This document shows, in pieces, positions 1 to 9,514 of a stretch of 38,111 bases of DNA (the first letter of the stretch is position 1; each line of letters starts with the position of its first letter). A program made the position numbers and the translations under genes. This DNA comes from Oscillospiraceae bacterium (GTDB lineage Bacteria; Bacillota; Clostridia; Oscillospirales; CAG-272), in NCBI GenBank assembly GCA_009779295.1, contig WREN01000002.1:1-38111 (forward strand), read 5' to 3'. Under the pieces are notes generated by a model. It was not told the origin of the DNA. It saw only the letters and a list, made by a program, of their open reading frames with translations, and made no database searches.

Positions 1-540
1 GAAATCCGAATCTTCTTTATACATTAAATTTGCAGGTAATCTGTCCCATTCCGTATTATCTAAATTCTTCAATTTTTTCTCATCTTCAGAAGAAGCAAGA
101 ACGATTTCCACACCATCCGGTATAACAAGTTTCGGCAGGTTTTGCTCGGATAAAAGCGCGAATACTCCATATTCAATTGTATTAATATCCGAAATATTAA
201 AATATTTCAAAATAGTATTATTTTTCATTAAATGAATATTCGGCGTGCTGATTCGGATAACTTTATATGATTTATAAATTTCTATAATTTTCTTGCATGT
301 CTTTTCAATAAAATTATCAGAACTTGTATTAATATACACGACTAATTCATCAAACAAATTTTCAATAAATTCAACATATTCAAGACTTGGTTTGCTTTCT
401 TCCGGAGTATAAAATTCAACTTTTTTTATACCGTATCCTTTTTTTCCTGCATTTACACTATTGCAGCAAGTATAATAAAACCGAATTTCGTTATTCGATT
501 GAAAAAATTTCAGCATTTCATTATTATCGATTTTATACAT
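1..540 (-). CDS. Hypothetical protein, partial (runs off the window start), AT-rich
   Basis: Manually translated open frame from ATG at 540: MYKIDNNEMLKFFQSNNEIRFYYTCCNSVNAGKKGYGIKKVEFYTPEESKPSLEY...NLMYKEDSDF, 180 codons with no stop. GGAG-like SD lies in the 3' end of the upstream gene. Not in the ORF track because it is truncated. Confidence 0.75.
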   Translation of the reverse strand, partial: MYKIDNNEMLKFFQSNNEIRFYYTCCNSVNAGKKGYGIKKVEFYTPEESKPSLEYVEFIENLFDELVVYINTSSDNFIEKTCKKIIEIYKSYKVIRISTPNIHLMKNNTILKYFNISDINTIEYGVFALLSEQNLPKLVIPDGVEIVLASSEDEKKLKNLDNTEWDRLPANLMYKEDSDF

Positions 541-542
541 AT

Positions 543-1961
543 TCAATCTCCCAACACCCAGCTCTTCCCGCCGTGTTTCGTCACAGATGATCCCGTTTCT
601 CTCTCGATAATCGCGGCAACCCGCATCGAGCAGAAACCGCCCTGACACCTGCCCATTCCGGCGCGTGTGCGCCGTTTCACCGCGTCCAAGTCTAATGCGG
701 GTATCGGGCGGTTGATCGCGTCGATTATCTCGCCTTCTGTTATTGTTTCGCAGCGGCAGACGATTTTAGCGTAGTTTGGATTCGATTCAATCAACTTCCG
801 TTTACCTTCGTCATCCAAATAATTGAACTTCAAAATCGGCGGCCTTGCACCTGTATAATCCTCACGCTTCTCTAATTTCAAACCAGTTTCCTCAAGTTTT
901 TTCACGATATAGTTCCCCAAAGCCGGGCCGCACGCGAATCCCGGCGATTCTATCCCGACCGCGTGAACAAGCCCGACCACTGTTTCCGACGGTTCGATAA
1001 AGTAATCGTGGGCGTTCGGCGTGGGTCTGATTCCCGAAAACGACGTGATAACCGTTTTCAGATTCAAGCTCGGCACAAGCCGCACCGCGCCATCGCTGAT
1101 TTCCTTCAAGCCGTCGGCGGTTGTGGATTTATCCTCTTTGTCATCGATGGCGTAAGCGTTCGGTCCGACGATAACGTTGCCGTGAACTGTCGGCGAAACG
1201 AGGATTCCCTTACCTTTCTCCGACGGAATACTGAACAGAATGTGATTCGCAGTGTCATAACTTTTGTCGAGAATCATATATTCGCCGCGCCGTGGAGTTA
1301 TACGGATTGGGAAATCTTGTTCGCCGGCAACGCTGGCGATATAATCGCCCCACACTCCGGCGGCGTTGACGATCCTATACGCCTGCAGGCTGCGATTATC
1401 ACAACTCACCGTAAACACATCATCCGTTTTCGTTATCTTATTAACCCTGAAATTAAAATAAAAATCCGTTCCATGCACCGCTGCCGATTCCGCCGCCGCT
1501 ATGGTCAAACCCCACGGACAAATTATCCCGCCCGTCGGAGCGTACAAAGCGGAGACTACGTCCCGCGACAGGTTAGGCTCCATTTTATGTAATCTCTCGC
1601 CGCGCACTATTTCTAAGTCCGGAACGCCGTTCTTAATACCGCGGTTATATAATTCTTTTATTTTTTCCTCTTCTTTTTCGCTGAACGCCGAAACCAATGA
1701 ACCGCATTGATTGTACTCAACGTCGAGCAGTTTCGCCAAAGCCGGCATTTCCGCGCACGCTTCGACGTTCAGCTTAGCTTTCAACGTACCGCACTCAGCG
1801 TCGAACCCCGCGTGGACTATCGCGGAATTGGCTTTCGTCGCGCCCATCGAGACGTCGCCGTAAGCCTCGACGACGGCTGTCTTTAATTTGTAAGCCGCAA
1901 GCCGGTACGCCGTCATACATCCGGTTATTCCCGCTCCGATTATCAAGACATCGTATATCAT
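543..1961 (-). CDS. FAD-dependent oxidoreductase (GlpA/LhgO-like) with C-terminal BFD-like [2Fe-2S] domain
   Basis: N-terminal DVLIIGAGITG dinucleotide fold, ATKANSAIVHAG, C-terminal VCRCE...RTRAGMGRCQGGFC. Start taken as ATG 1961 (track starts at 1973). Confidence 0.88.
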   Translation of the reverse strand: MIYDVLIIGAGITGCMTAYRLAAYKLKTAVVEAYGDVSMGATKANSAIVHAGFDAECGTLKAKLNVEACAEMPALAKLLDVEYNQCGSLVSAFSEKEEEKIKELYNRGIKNGVPDLEIVRGERLHKMEPNLSRDVVSALYAPTGGIICPWGLTIAAAESAAVHGTDFYFNFRVNKITKTDDVFTVSCDNRSLQAYRIVNAAGVWGDYIASVAGEQDFPIRITPRRGEYMILDKSYDTANHILFSIPSEKGKGILVSPTVHGNVIVGPNAYAIDDKEDKSTTADGLKEISDGAVRLVPSLNLKTVITSFSGIRPTPNAHDYFIEPSETVVGLVHAVGIESPGFACGPALGNYIVKKLEETGLKLEKREDYTGARPPILKFNYLDDEGKRKLIESNPNYAKIVCRCETITEGEIIDAINRPIPALDLDAVKRRTRAGMGRCQGGFCSMRVAAIIERETGSSVTKHGGKSWVLGD

Positions 1962-1980
1962 AAATTTTATCACCCATCAT

Positions 1981-2009
1981 ATTATAGCACACCCTGCTAA
2001 AAAATTCAA
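1981..2009 (-). promoter_or_regulatory. Sigma-70/A promoter for the oxidoreductase
   Basis: Minus strand TTGAAT-17 nt-TATAAT with an extended TG (gtgcTATAAT). Confidence 0.65.
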
Positions 2010-2042
2010 CACGTTTTTTTACATAAAAAATAAAAAATACAG

Positions 2043-2071
2043 TTGTAATTTTATATTTAATATGTTATAAT
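2043..2071 (+). promoter_or_regulatory. Sigma-70/A promoter for the moxR operon
   Basis: TTGTAA(2043)-17 nt-TATAAT(2066) with extended TG, divergent from the previous promoter. Confidence 0.6.
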
Positions 2072-2110
2072 AGAATAAAATATTTTTAATTGCGGAGGTT
2101 CAATCAACCG

Positions 2111-3082
2111 ATGAATAAAGAACATGACGAGCAATTTGAAGTTGCATACGGCATGTCTGACAGCATAATCAACGAAATTGAAAAAGTTGTTTTGGGCAAG
2201 CACAACGCCGTTTCTATGCTTGTCACCGCTATGTTTGCGGGCGGACATGTACTCATCGAAGACGTTCCGGGTGTCGGAAAAACCACACTCGCGGCTTCCC
2301 TTGCGAAAGCCGCCGGGCTGAATTTCAAGCGCGCCCAATTCACGCCGGATGTTATGGCGTCAGATATCACGGGTTTCAACATTTATAACCGCCAGACAGA
2401 GAGCTTTGATTTTAAGGAAGGGCTCGTAATGTGTAACATTCTCCTCGCGGACGAGATCAACCGCGCGTCGCCGAAAACGCAGTCGTCGCTTCTTGAGGCG
2501 ATGGAGGAAAGCCGCGTCACAGTTGACGGCGTGACTTACGAAGTGCCGAATCCGTTCATGGTAATCGCGACACAGAACCCGACGGGGTTTGTGGGAACGT
2601 ATCCGTTGCCGGAAGCGCAGTTAGACCGCTTCAGCGCGCGGATCACTATGGGCTACCCTTCGATCGACGAGGAAGTTGATATTATATCGGCGCGCAAAAC
2701 GGTTAATCCTGCCGATAAAATATTATCCGTTTCTTCGCTCGAATATATTACCGCAATCAGAAAACTTACCCAGCTTGTAAATGTCAGCGACGAATTGTAT
2801 AAATATATCGTACTGCTGACGTCCGTTACGCGCAGGAACGAAAACCTCGCTCTGGGCGCAAGCCCGCGCGCATCTCTCGCGCTTATGCGCATGTCTCAGG
2901 CTTACGCGTTCACGCACCACAGGAATTATGTCGTCCCCGAAGACATCTGTTCGGTATACAAGCAGGTTATCGCCCACAGGATAATTTTAAAGCAGGAAGC
3001 CAAACTAAACCGCATAACAGCCGACAACGTATTGAGCGAAATTATGCGCAAAACCGAAATACCGTTCAAATCAAAAAGATGA
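2111..3082 (+). CDS. moxR: MoxR-family AAA+ ATPase
   Basis: GHVLIEDVPGVGKT Walker A, QFTPDVMASDITG, ILLADEINRASPKTQSSLLEAM, ATQNP, YPLPEAQLDRF, GASPRAS. ATG 2111 follows GGAGG. Confidence 0.95.
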   Translation: MNKEHDEQFEVAYGMSDSIINEIEKVVLGKHNAVSMLVTAMFAGGHVLIEDVPGVGKTTLAASLAKAAGLNFKRAQFTPDVMASDITGFNIYNRQTESFDFKEGLVMCNILLADEINRASPKTQSSLLEAMEESRVTVDGVTYEVPNPFMVIATQNPTGFVGTYPLPEAQLDRFSARITMGYPSIDEEVDIISARKTVNPADKILSVSSLEYITAIRKLTQLVNVSDELYKYIVLLTSVTRRNENLALGASPRASLALMRMSQAYAFTHHRNYVVPEDICSVYKQVIAHRIILKQEAKLNRITADNVLSEIMRKTEIPFKSKR

Positions 3083-4347
3083 AAAAAACCGTTAAATTTA
3101 TGCCGCCTAAAAAGCGAAGAAAGTTTGCCCTGACAAGCGGTTTCAATTTTTATATTTGTATTTTGGCTGGAGCTTTGGTATTTACACAGGCTTTGCGGTC
3201 TCCTTTGTCGTCTTTGATGTTGGTTTTCGTGCTGATCCTGCCTGTAATCAGCTTTTTGTATATGCTGACGGCATTGGTCGCTATAAAGGTTTACGTCAAA
3301 GACAGCAGCATCGAAACGGTAAAGAATATTCCCGTCGATTACAATATTAAAATCATAAATGACGCGATCCTGCCGTATCCGTTCATAGAAGCCGACCTTA
3401 TCATGCCGAACGACGACATTGTCCGCTGCGTTGAGAAGCGCGTCGGATTGAGTCTTGCGCCGTTCGGGTTCTACAGAATCGCAGAAAAGCCTGTTTTCAA
3501 ATACCGCGGAAGTTATCAGATAGGCGTTAAAAAAATATATATTTCGGACCTTTTCCGCATTTTCAGAATAAGTTTAAATATCGACGTATACACATCTGTT
3601 TTTGTCGCGCCGCGCCGTTTTGTGCTTGAGGCGAAGGCAGGGACTTCCGCGTCTGACGTCAATACCGACTCGACTAAGAATATCATAGGCGTCGACCGCT
3701 CGGAACTCAACGAGATACGCACGTATCTCACCGGCGACCACATGAAGAATATCCACTGGAAACTGTCGTCGAAAACGCAGGAACTTATGGTCAAAGAATT
3801 CGCCATGAATTCGGGGAAAACGATTTATATTTTCGTCGATATGGCGGCGAATTACACCACCGAGGATAAGACATATTCTGACGATATTAACGAATTTGTC
3901 GCGGACGGCGTTATCGAAACGGCGCTGGCGGCGGCATTGCGCGAATTGCAGGAGGGCAACGGATGTACTATCATTTGGTACGACGAGCGAATCGAAAGCG
4001 GCGCGCAGATATGCAAATTGCAGACGGCTTCCGACCTTGATCGCGTGTTCAAAATGTTCGCGACGGCGGAGTTGTGCGGCGCGGATAAAGAAGTCACGCG
4101 GCTCGCCGCTTTAGCGACGGAAACGCAGGCGGTAACGATGATATTCGTCACCGGAATGATCGATCAGGACGTTGTAGCGGATCTGACGGGAATCGCGGGC
4201 TTACAGATCAACGTTGAACTGTATCATTTTTCCGCGGCGGAGAAAGTTGCCGACGAGAAAAAGTTGGATGCGTTCGCAGAACGTGAAAAAGCGTGCAGAG
4301 ATCAATTGGTGCTTAACGGCGTTAATGTGTATGAGACGAAATTTTAA
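3079..4347 (+). CDS. DUF58 domain membrane protein
   Basis: Two N-terminal TM segments, RGSYQIG, EIRTYLTGDHMKNIHWKLSSKTQELMVKEF signature. Overlaps the moxR stop (ATGA). Confidence 0.9.
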   Translation: MKKTVKFMPPKKRRKFALTSGFNFYICILAGALVFTQALRSPLSSLMLVFVLILPVISFLYMLTALVAIKVYVKDSSIETVKNIPVDYNIKIINDAILPYPFIEADLIMPNDDIVRCVEKRVGLSLAPFGFYRIAEKPVFKYRGSYQIGVKKIYISDLFRIFRISLNIDVYTSVFVAPRRFVLEAKAGTSASDVNTDSTKNIIGVDRSELNEIRTYLTGDHMKNIHWKLSSKTQELMVKEFAMNSGKTIYIFVDMAANYTTEDKTYSDDINEFVADGVIETALAAALRELQEGNGCTIIWYDERIESGAQICKLQTASDLDRVFKMFATAELCGADKEVTRLAALATETQAVTMIFVTGMIDQDVVADLTGIAGLQINVELYHFSAAEKVADEKKLDAFAEREKACRDQLVLNGVNVYETKF

Positions 4348-4368
4348 TTTTTAACAAGGATTGATAAT

Positions 4369-7131
4369 TTGAAAGAAGAAAAATTACAAACAAAAAAACA
4401 AAAACCAAGAAACCCGTTTGAATTCATATATTCGCCGTCACGGCAGATTATTTCTAAGGGCGCCGTTTTTTCGGCGTATTTTATGCGCGCGGTCGTAACC
4501 GCGACGGCTGTATTCGGTCTGTTGATATTTATTGCCGACGCTTTTCAATTTCAGATTTCAAGTATTTCCATATTTGTCATATCTTTGGCAACTTCGGTGG
4601 TATTTGCGGTAATACAGATCGGCATAATTCCCGCGCTCGTTGTACTCGGATTGACGGCAATAACCGCGTTGTTGCTGACATTTTTCATCGAAAACATAAT
4701 TGATTTTATCGTTTTATCGTTTCAGACGGTAATAAATCTGATGATGAAACGGCTCGAAGACGCCGGATATAAGTCATTCCGACCGTTTTTGTTCACGGAA
4801 TTCGAGCCGGACGCAAACGAATCTACTCTGATTTTAATCGTTTTTATATTTACAGGCATCCTGCTTACCGCTATATTCAGCGCGTGTATAATGCGGAAAA
4901 CGCGCTTTTTACCCTGCCTTATAACAGGATTATTCATCTGTTCGACGGTTTTTACATACAACATCAGCACTTCTAATTTCGGATTCGCCCTGATTCTCGC
5001 GGCGCTCTGCGCGATTATAGTTTTGAAACTTTACGACTCCTACTATATCAACTATATAGAGCCGGAAAATAAATTCGGGTATTTCAAAAAGCACGCGCTC
5101 GGCGGGTTCGCGGGGTTCGCCGCATTGCTGCTTGCGATAGTTATAATTTCTATACCCGCGATGACTATTACGAAACGCTGGCGGGAAATTGAATTTATCA
5201 ACGACCGTCTTGAATACGCGCGCGCTATGATCTCGTCCGTTATCATCGGCGATATGCCCAACATGTCGGATCTGGGATTCGTCGGGAATATGGACACGCT
5301 TAACCCGCGCAACACCCGCGCGGAAAGCCGGTCATTCTCCGGAAAAGTGATGATGACTGTCGAATCGGGTTATAATACGCCCGTTTACATGAGGAGCTGG
5401 GTCGGTTCGTATTACCGCGGCGACAGCTGGTATTCGGCGACGACCGATGAAGTGGAGCGATATAACAATATGTTCACGCCCAACTTCACGCCCGAACAAT
5501 TGACATATAATTTTTACAACGCGATTAATCCGCGGTTCACGTCGTTCAGTTCTTCGTCATACGGCAACTTCATTGAGCACGGGTTCATCACGGAAGCGGT
5601 GGATATCAGCGGGATCAGGTCAACATCCAACCTCCTCTACGTGCCGTCGATAATGAACGCGAGCGTGAACCTGCTTGAACACGGTTCGCGCGACAGAGTT
5701 CCGTATTCAAGCTCGTGGACTCCGTATCATGAAGGTATCGTAACGACGAGCTGGTTCAATTTCAACAGAAATTACCGCGTATTGGCGTTCGTGCCGATTT
5801 ACCGCCATCCGGAGTATCTCGACAATTTGTATAAAAATATGTTTTATTATAATGTTTCCATGAGTACGATAGGCGCAAACATAAACGCCCGGGAAACAAA
5901 TATAAGCAGTATAATTTTCAATTACAAATCGGTTCTTGACAGTTACGAAATCAAATACGCCGAGCCGACGGTTGTCGAACGGTTTTTCGAAATGGATAAC
6001 GTCGAACGGCAGATGTTTATCTATGAAAACATCGTGCTGCGCGAATTATATTCGCAGTACGTGCGCGAACATTATCTCGCGCTGCCGGAAGCGGATCTGT
6101 ACACGGTGATTGTGCCGATAGTAAATACACTTCCAAGGTCAATCGGAAGGTACTCAGATTCTGCAAGCGTTGTTTATATACATAATACGGTGTTGAAAGT
6201 GGTTAATTTTCTAAACGACAACTATAATTACACATTGTCGCCGGTCGAACCGTCGCCGGAATTTGACGACGCGTCAGCGCTCGCTATATTCTTAAACGAC
6301 ACCAAAGAAGGCTATTGCGTTCAGTTCGCAACCGCAGCGACGATGATTTTGCGCGCGATGAACATTCCCACACGATATGTGGAGGGCTACGTCGCGTCGG
6401 ATTTCAGGCGCAACGACGCCGACAACCGCGCGGGCAACTACATCACCGAGGTACACGATTACAACGCGCACGCGTGGATTGAGGTATACATCGACGGTAT
6501 GGGGTGGATGCAGTACGAGGCTACGCCGACTTATTACACGCAGATGTACGTACCGTATGAAGTTTCTCCCCCGCGGACAAATTCGGAATCATCACCGGGC
6601 GAAATGATGCCGGAACCTGAATACGAAGAAATCGAATTTGAAGAAAACCCGCTTACCGTTGAAGAAATTGCCAACGGATTTAGAATTATCAGCGGTTTAA
6701 TATTGGCAGTTCTGGGTATCATTGGTACGTTGATAGTGATTAAAATCCGAATCAATTCCAAAAACGAACTCGTCAAACGCTATGCGGCGATCAATATCGC
6801 CGAAAAAAGCGCGAATCTCGAGCCGGAGGAAATCCGCGAACTCACAAAGCAGCTCGCCGATTACATCATGGAAATACAATCTGCCGGCGGTTATATCCCC
6901 GAAACAGGAGAGTTGCCTGCGGAATATGCGCGGCGCGTTTCCGAATCTATGACTGACACTGAGTTCAACGATATAATGTTCTACATGGAAAAAGAGGAAT
7001 TCGGACCGGGCTGCTCGCGCGGAGAACTCAAAAAGATCGGCGTTTACCTGCGTGGTCTGTGGGATAGAATTTATTACAATATGAACCGGCCGAAGCGTTT
7101 ATGGCTAAGACATATAAAAAAGGTGATTTGA
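4369..7131 (+). CDS. Multi-TM transglutaminase-like (TgpA-type) protein
   Basis: Several N-terminal TM helices, GYCVQFA (Cys), NIPTRYVEGY, AHAWIEVY (His), YEATP, and a C-terminal TM. Third gene of the known MoxR-DUF58-transglutaminase triad. Confidence 0.9.
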   Translation: MKEEKLQTKKQKPRNPFEFIYSPSRQIISKGAVFSAYFMRAVVTATAVFGLLIFIADAFQFQISSISIFVISLATSVVFAVIQIGIIPALVVLGLTAITALLLTFFIENIIDFIVLSFQTVINLMMKRLEDAGYKSFRPFLFTEFEPDANESTLILIVFIFTGILLTAIFSACIMRKTRFLPCLITGLFICSTVFTYNISTSNFGFALILAALCAIIVLKLYDSYYINYIEPENKFGYFKKHALGGFAGFAALLLAIVIISIPAMTITKRWREIEFINDRLEYARAMISSVIIGDMPNMSDLGFVGNMDTLNPRNTRAESRSFSGKVMMTVESGYNTPVYMRSWVGSYYRGDSWYSATTDEVERYNNMFTPNFTPEQLTYNFYNAINPRFTSFSSSSYGNFIEHGFITEAVDISGIRSTSNLLYVPSIMNASVNLLEHGSRDRVPYSSSWTPYHEGIVTTSWFNFNRNYRVLAFVPIYRHPEYLDNLYKNMFYYNVSMSTIGANINARETNISSIIFNYKSVLDSYEIKYAEPTVVERFFEMDNVERQMFIYENIVLRELYSQYVREHYLALPEADLYTVIVPIVNTLPRSIGRYSDSASVVYIHNTVLKVVNFLNDNYNYTLSPVEPSPEFDDASALAIFLNDTKEGYCVQFATAATMILRAMNIPTRYVEGYVASDFRRNDADNRAGNYITEVHDYNAHAWIEVYIDGMGWMQYEATPTYYTQMYVPYEVSPPRTNSESSPGEMMPEPEYEEIEFEENPLTVEEIANGFRIISGLILAVLGIIGTLIVIKIRINSKNELVKRYAAINIAEKSANLEPEEIRELTKQLADYIMEIQSAGGYIPETGELPAEYARRVSESMTDTEFNDIMFYMEKEEFGPGCSRGELKKIGVYLRGLWDRIYYNMNRPKRLWLRHIKKVI

Positions 7132-7132
7132 A

Positions 7133-7492
7133 ATTAATAATTATACAAATTCCGCGTTGGCGTATCTCGGGGACGCCGTGATTGAATTGATGACGCGCGC
7201 GATGCTGATTAAAAATTTCCATACTACGGCGGGAAATCTCAATGAAATTTCACGAAATTACGTGACGGCGCAGTCGCAGAGCGCGGCGGTCGAGCGGATA
7301 ATCGGCGTGCTGACGGAGGATGAACTGGCGGTCTACAAGCGCGGGCGCAATATCAAAGACGCGAACGTTCCCAAAAGCGCGACGGCTATGGAATACAAGC
7401 GCGCGACCGGGCTTGAAGTGCTGTTCGCGACGCTGTACCTTGATGGGAAACATGAGCGGCTGAGCGAGCTTTTTGATATAGCGTATGGGTAA
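7133..7492 (+). CDS. mrnC: Mini-ribonuclease III
   Basis: ALAYLGDAVIEL, YVTAQSQS, VYKRGRN, EYKRATGLEVLFATLYL. Start uncertain: ATT 7133 behind AAGGTGA, or TTG 7157. Confidence 0.9.
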   Translation: MNNYTNSALAYLGDAVIELMTRAMLIKNFHTTAGNLNEISRNYVTAQSQSAAVERIIGVLTEDELAVYKRGRNIKDANVPKSATAMEYKRATGLEVLFATLYLDGKHERLSELFDIAYG

Positions 7493-7518
7493 AAACACCC
7501 GTAGGCGGCGGGTGTTTT
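7493..7518. repeat. Collapsed remnant of the double-hairpin repeat family; hairpin that may act as a terminator
   Basis: AAACACCC-GTAGGCGGC-GGGTGTTT(T). Equals the left end (aaacacccg) joined to the right end (cccgtaggcgggggg tgtttt) of the doublet at 35252-35364. Confidence 0.7.
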
Positions 7519-7542
7519 AATTTAAAAGGAGGCTACATAACA

Positions 7543-7998
7543 ATGAAAAAACCAAAAATCTTCGACGACTTTAAAAAATTCGCTTTCAAAGGCAACGTCA
7601 TGGACATGGCAATCGGTATTATCATCGGGTCGGCGTTCACGTCGATAATCAATTCGCTGGTCAACGATATAATCATGCCTGTCATTGGCAAATTCACCGC
7701 CGGACTCGATTACAGCAAGCTGGAACTTGTTATATCCGAAGCGGTTATCGACGAAGCCGGCAACATCATAACCCCTGAAACGGCAATCAGATACGGGATG
7801 TTCATACAGAACATCGTGTACTTTCTGCTTGTCGCGATTTCGTGTTTCATCGCGATAAAACTTATCGTCGGCGGCATGAATAAATTAAAACATCCGCCGG
7901 AACCCGCGCCGCCTCCGCCGCCCCCCGAAATTCCCGCGCAGGAAAAATTACTTACGGAAATCCGCGATATATTAAAAAATAATAAACAAAATTTATAA
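7543..7998 (+). CDS. mscL: Large-conductance mechanosensitive channel
   Basis: FKKFAFKGNVMDMAIGIIIGSAF, SLVNDIIMP, YGMFIQ, LLTEIRDIL. SD AGGAGG. Confidence 0.97.
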   Translation: MKKPKIFDDFKKFAFKGNVMDMAIGIIIGSAFTSIINSLVNDIIMPVIGKFTAGLDYSKLELVISEAVIDEAGNIITPETAIRYGMFIQNIVYFLLVAISCFIAIKLIVGGMNKLKHPPEPAPPPPPPEIPAQEKLLTEIRDILKNNKQNL

Positions 7999-8024
7999 AT
8001 AAATTCGGGAGGAATAAAAATAAT

Positions 8025-8969
8025 ATGTATTATATTGGTATTGATTTAGGCGGAACGAATATTGCCGCCGGAATCGTTGACGAGAATTACAAAATCATCA
8101 AAAAAGGCAGCACTCCCACGCTCGGCAACCGCGACCCTAAAGAGATTATCCGCGACATGGGCGCGCTTTGCGCGCGCCTTGTGGAAGAGTGCGGGCTTAC
8201 GTTCGATGATATCGAATACGCAGGCATCGCCGCGCCGGGCACGGCTAACGCCGCTACGGGTATGATCGACTTCGCGAACAACCTGCCGTTCCTGCACTTC
8301 CCTATCTCGGAAGTATTGATGAGTTTTATACCTGTCAAGAAAGTCTACATCGACAACGACGCTAACGCCGCCGCTTGGGCTGAGGCTATAGCGGGCGCGG
8401 CTAAGAATGTCGCCAACTCTGTCTTCATCACGCTCGGAACGGGTGTCGGCGGCGGCGTTATAATCAACGGCAAGCTGTACGCGGGGTTCAATTACGCCGG
8501 AGCCGAACTCGGTCATATGGTTATCGAGTACAAAGGCCGTCCCTGCACGTGCGGACGCTACGGCTGCTGGGAAACTTACAGCTCCGCGACGGGGCTGATC
8601 AACATGACGCGCGAAAAAATGCTCGAAAACAAAGACTCGGTGATGTGGGATATGTGCGAAAATTCCATTGATAAGCTGAGCGGCAAGACTGCGTTCGCCG
8701 CAATGAAGAAAGGCGACAAAGCCGCGAGCGAAGTCGTCGATATGTACATAAAATATCTTGCGTGCGGTATCGGCAACATCATCCTGCTGTTCCAGCCGGA
8801 GATACTCTGCATCGGCGGCGGCGTATGCAACGAAGGCGACTATTTGATGAAACCGCTTATGGCAATTTTGAATAACGAACCGGCAATCGAAAGAAGAAAA
8901 ACGCAAATAAAAATAGCCGAGTTAGGAAACGACGCCGGTATCATCGGCGCGGCGGTGCTTGGATTATGA
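8025..8969 (+). CDS. ROK-family sugar kinase (glucokinase-like)
   Basis: IGIDLGGT, DNDANAAA, TLGTGVGGG, ELGHM..CTCGRYGCWE zinc motif, LGNDAGIIGAA. No N-terminal HTH. Confidence 0.92.
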   Translation: MYYIGIDLGGTNIAAGIVDENYKIIKKGSTPTLGNRDPKEIIRDMGALCARLVEECGLTFDDIEYAGIAAPGTANAATGMIDFANNLPFLHFPISEVLMSFIPVKKVYIDNDANAAAWAEAIAGAAKNVANSVFITLGTGVGGGVIINGKLYAGFNYAGAELGHMVIEYKGRPCTCGRYGCWETYSSATGLINMTREKMLENKDSVMWDMCENSIDKLSGKTAFAAMKKGDKAASEVVDMYIKYLACGIGNIILLFQPEILCIGGGVCNEGDYLMKPLMAILNNEPAIERRKTQIKIAELGNDAGIIGAAVLGL

Positions 8970-9514
8970 ACGTAGTTTTGCTCGGCGATTCGATTCGCAT
9001 GAATTATCAGGCTAAAGTCAGATTTTATCTCGACGGCGTCGCGGATGTCTACACCCCGGATGAAAACTGCCGCTGGAGCAGTTATACTTTAAAATTCCTT
9101 TTTACATGGTTTGCGGCGTTTCCGAAAGATATTGACGTTGTGCATTGGAACAACGGGCTTTGGGATGTTTCCACCGTTGAAATTGACAACAATACGTTTT
9201 CATCAATTTATACCTATATGGATTACATGTCGCGTATATTAAGAATCCTGCGCACAAAAACCCGGAAAATTATATTCGCGACTACAACTCCGGCAATAGC
9301 AAATCACATACGGAACGAAAACGTAAATTTATTCAATTCCGTTATAACAGATTTTATGAATAAAGAAGGCGTGCCCATAAACGATTTAAACGCCTTGATA
9401 ACCGCAAATACCGATAAATATTTAGTTGAGGACGGCGTTCATTTAAGCGAAGCGGGAATGGACGCGTGCGGCAAAGCGGTTGCGGATAAGATTATTGAGG
9501 TTTACAATTCATGA
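8966..9514 (+). CDS. SGNH/GDSL hydrolase
   Basis: LLGDSI block I, WNNGLWD block III, DGVH block V. Confidence 0.88.
   Translation: MNVVLLGDSIRMNYQAKVRFYLDGVADVYTPDENCRWSSYTLKFLFTWFAAFPKDIDVVHWNNGLWDVSTVEIDNNTFSSIYTYMDYMSRILRILRTKTRKIIFATTTPAIANHIRNENVNLFNSVITDFMNKEGVPINDLNALITANTDKYLVEDGVHLSEAGMDACGKAVADKIIEVYNS

Noticed and set aside
8046-8906. Long antisense and alternative-frame ORFs (e.g. 963-1592, 8046-8906, 9730-10362, 10587-11180, 20547-21026)
   Set aside because: They are shadows of well-supported genes, with no motifs or SD sequences.
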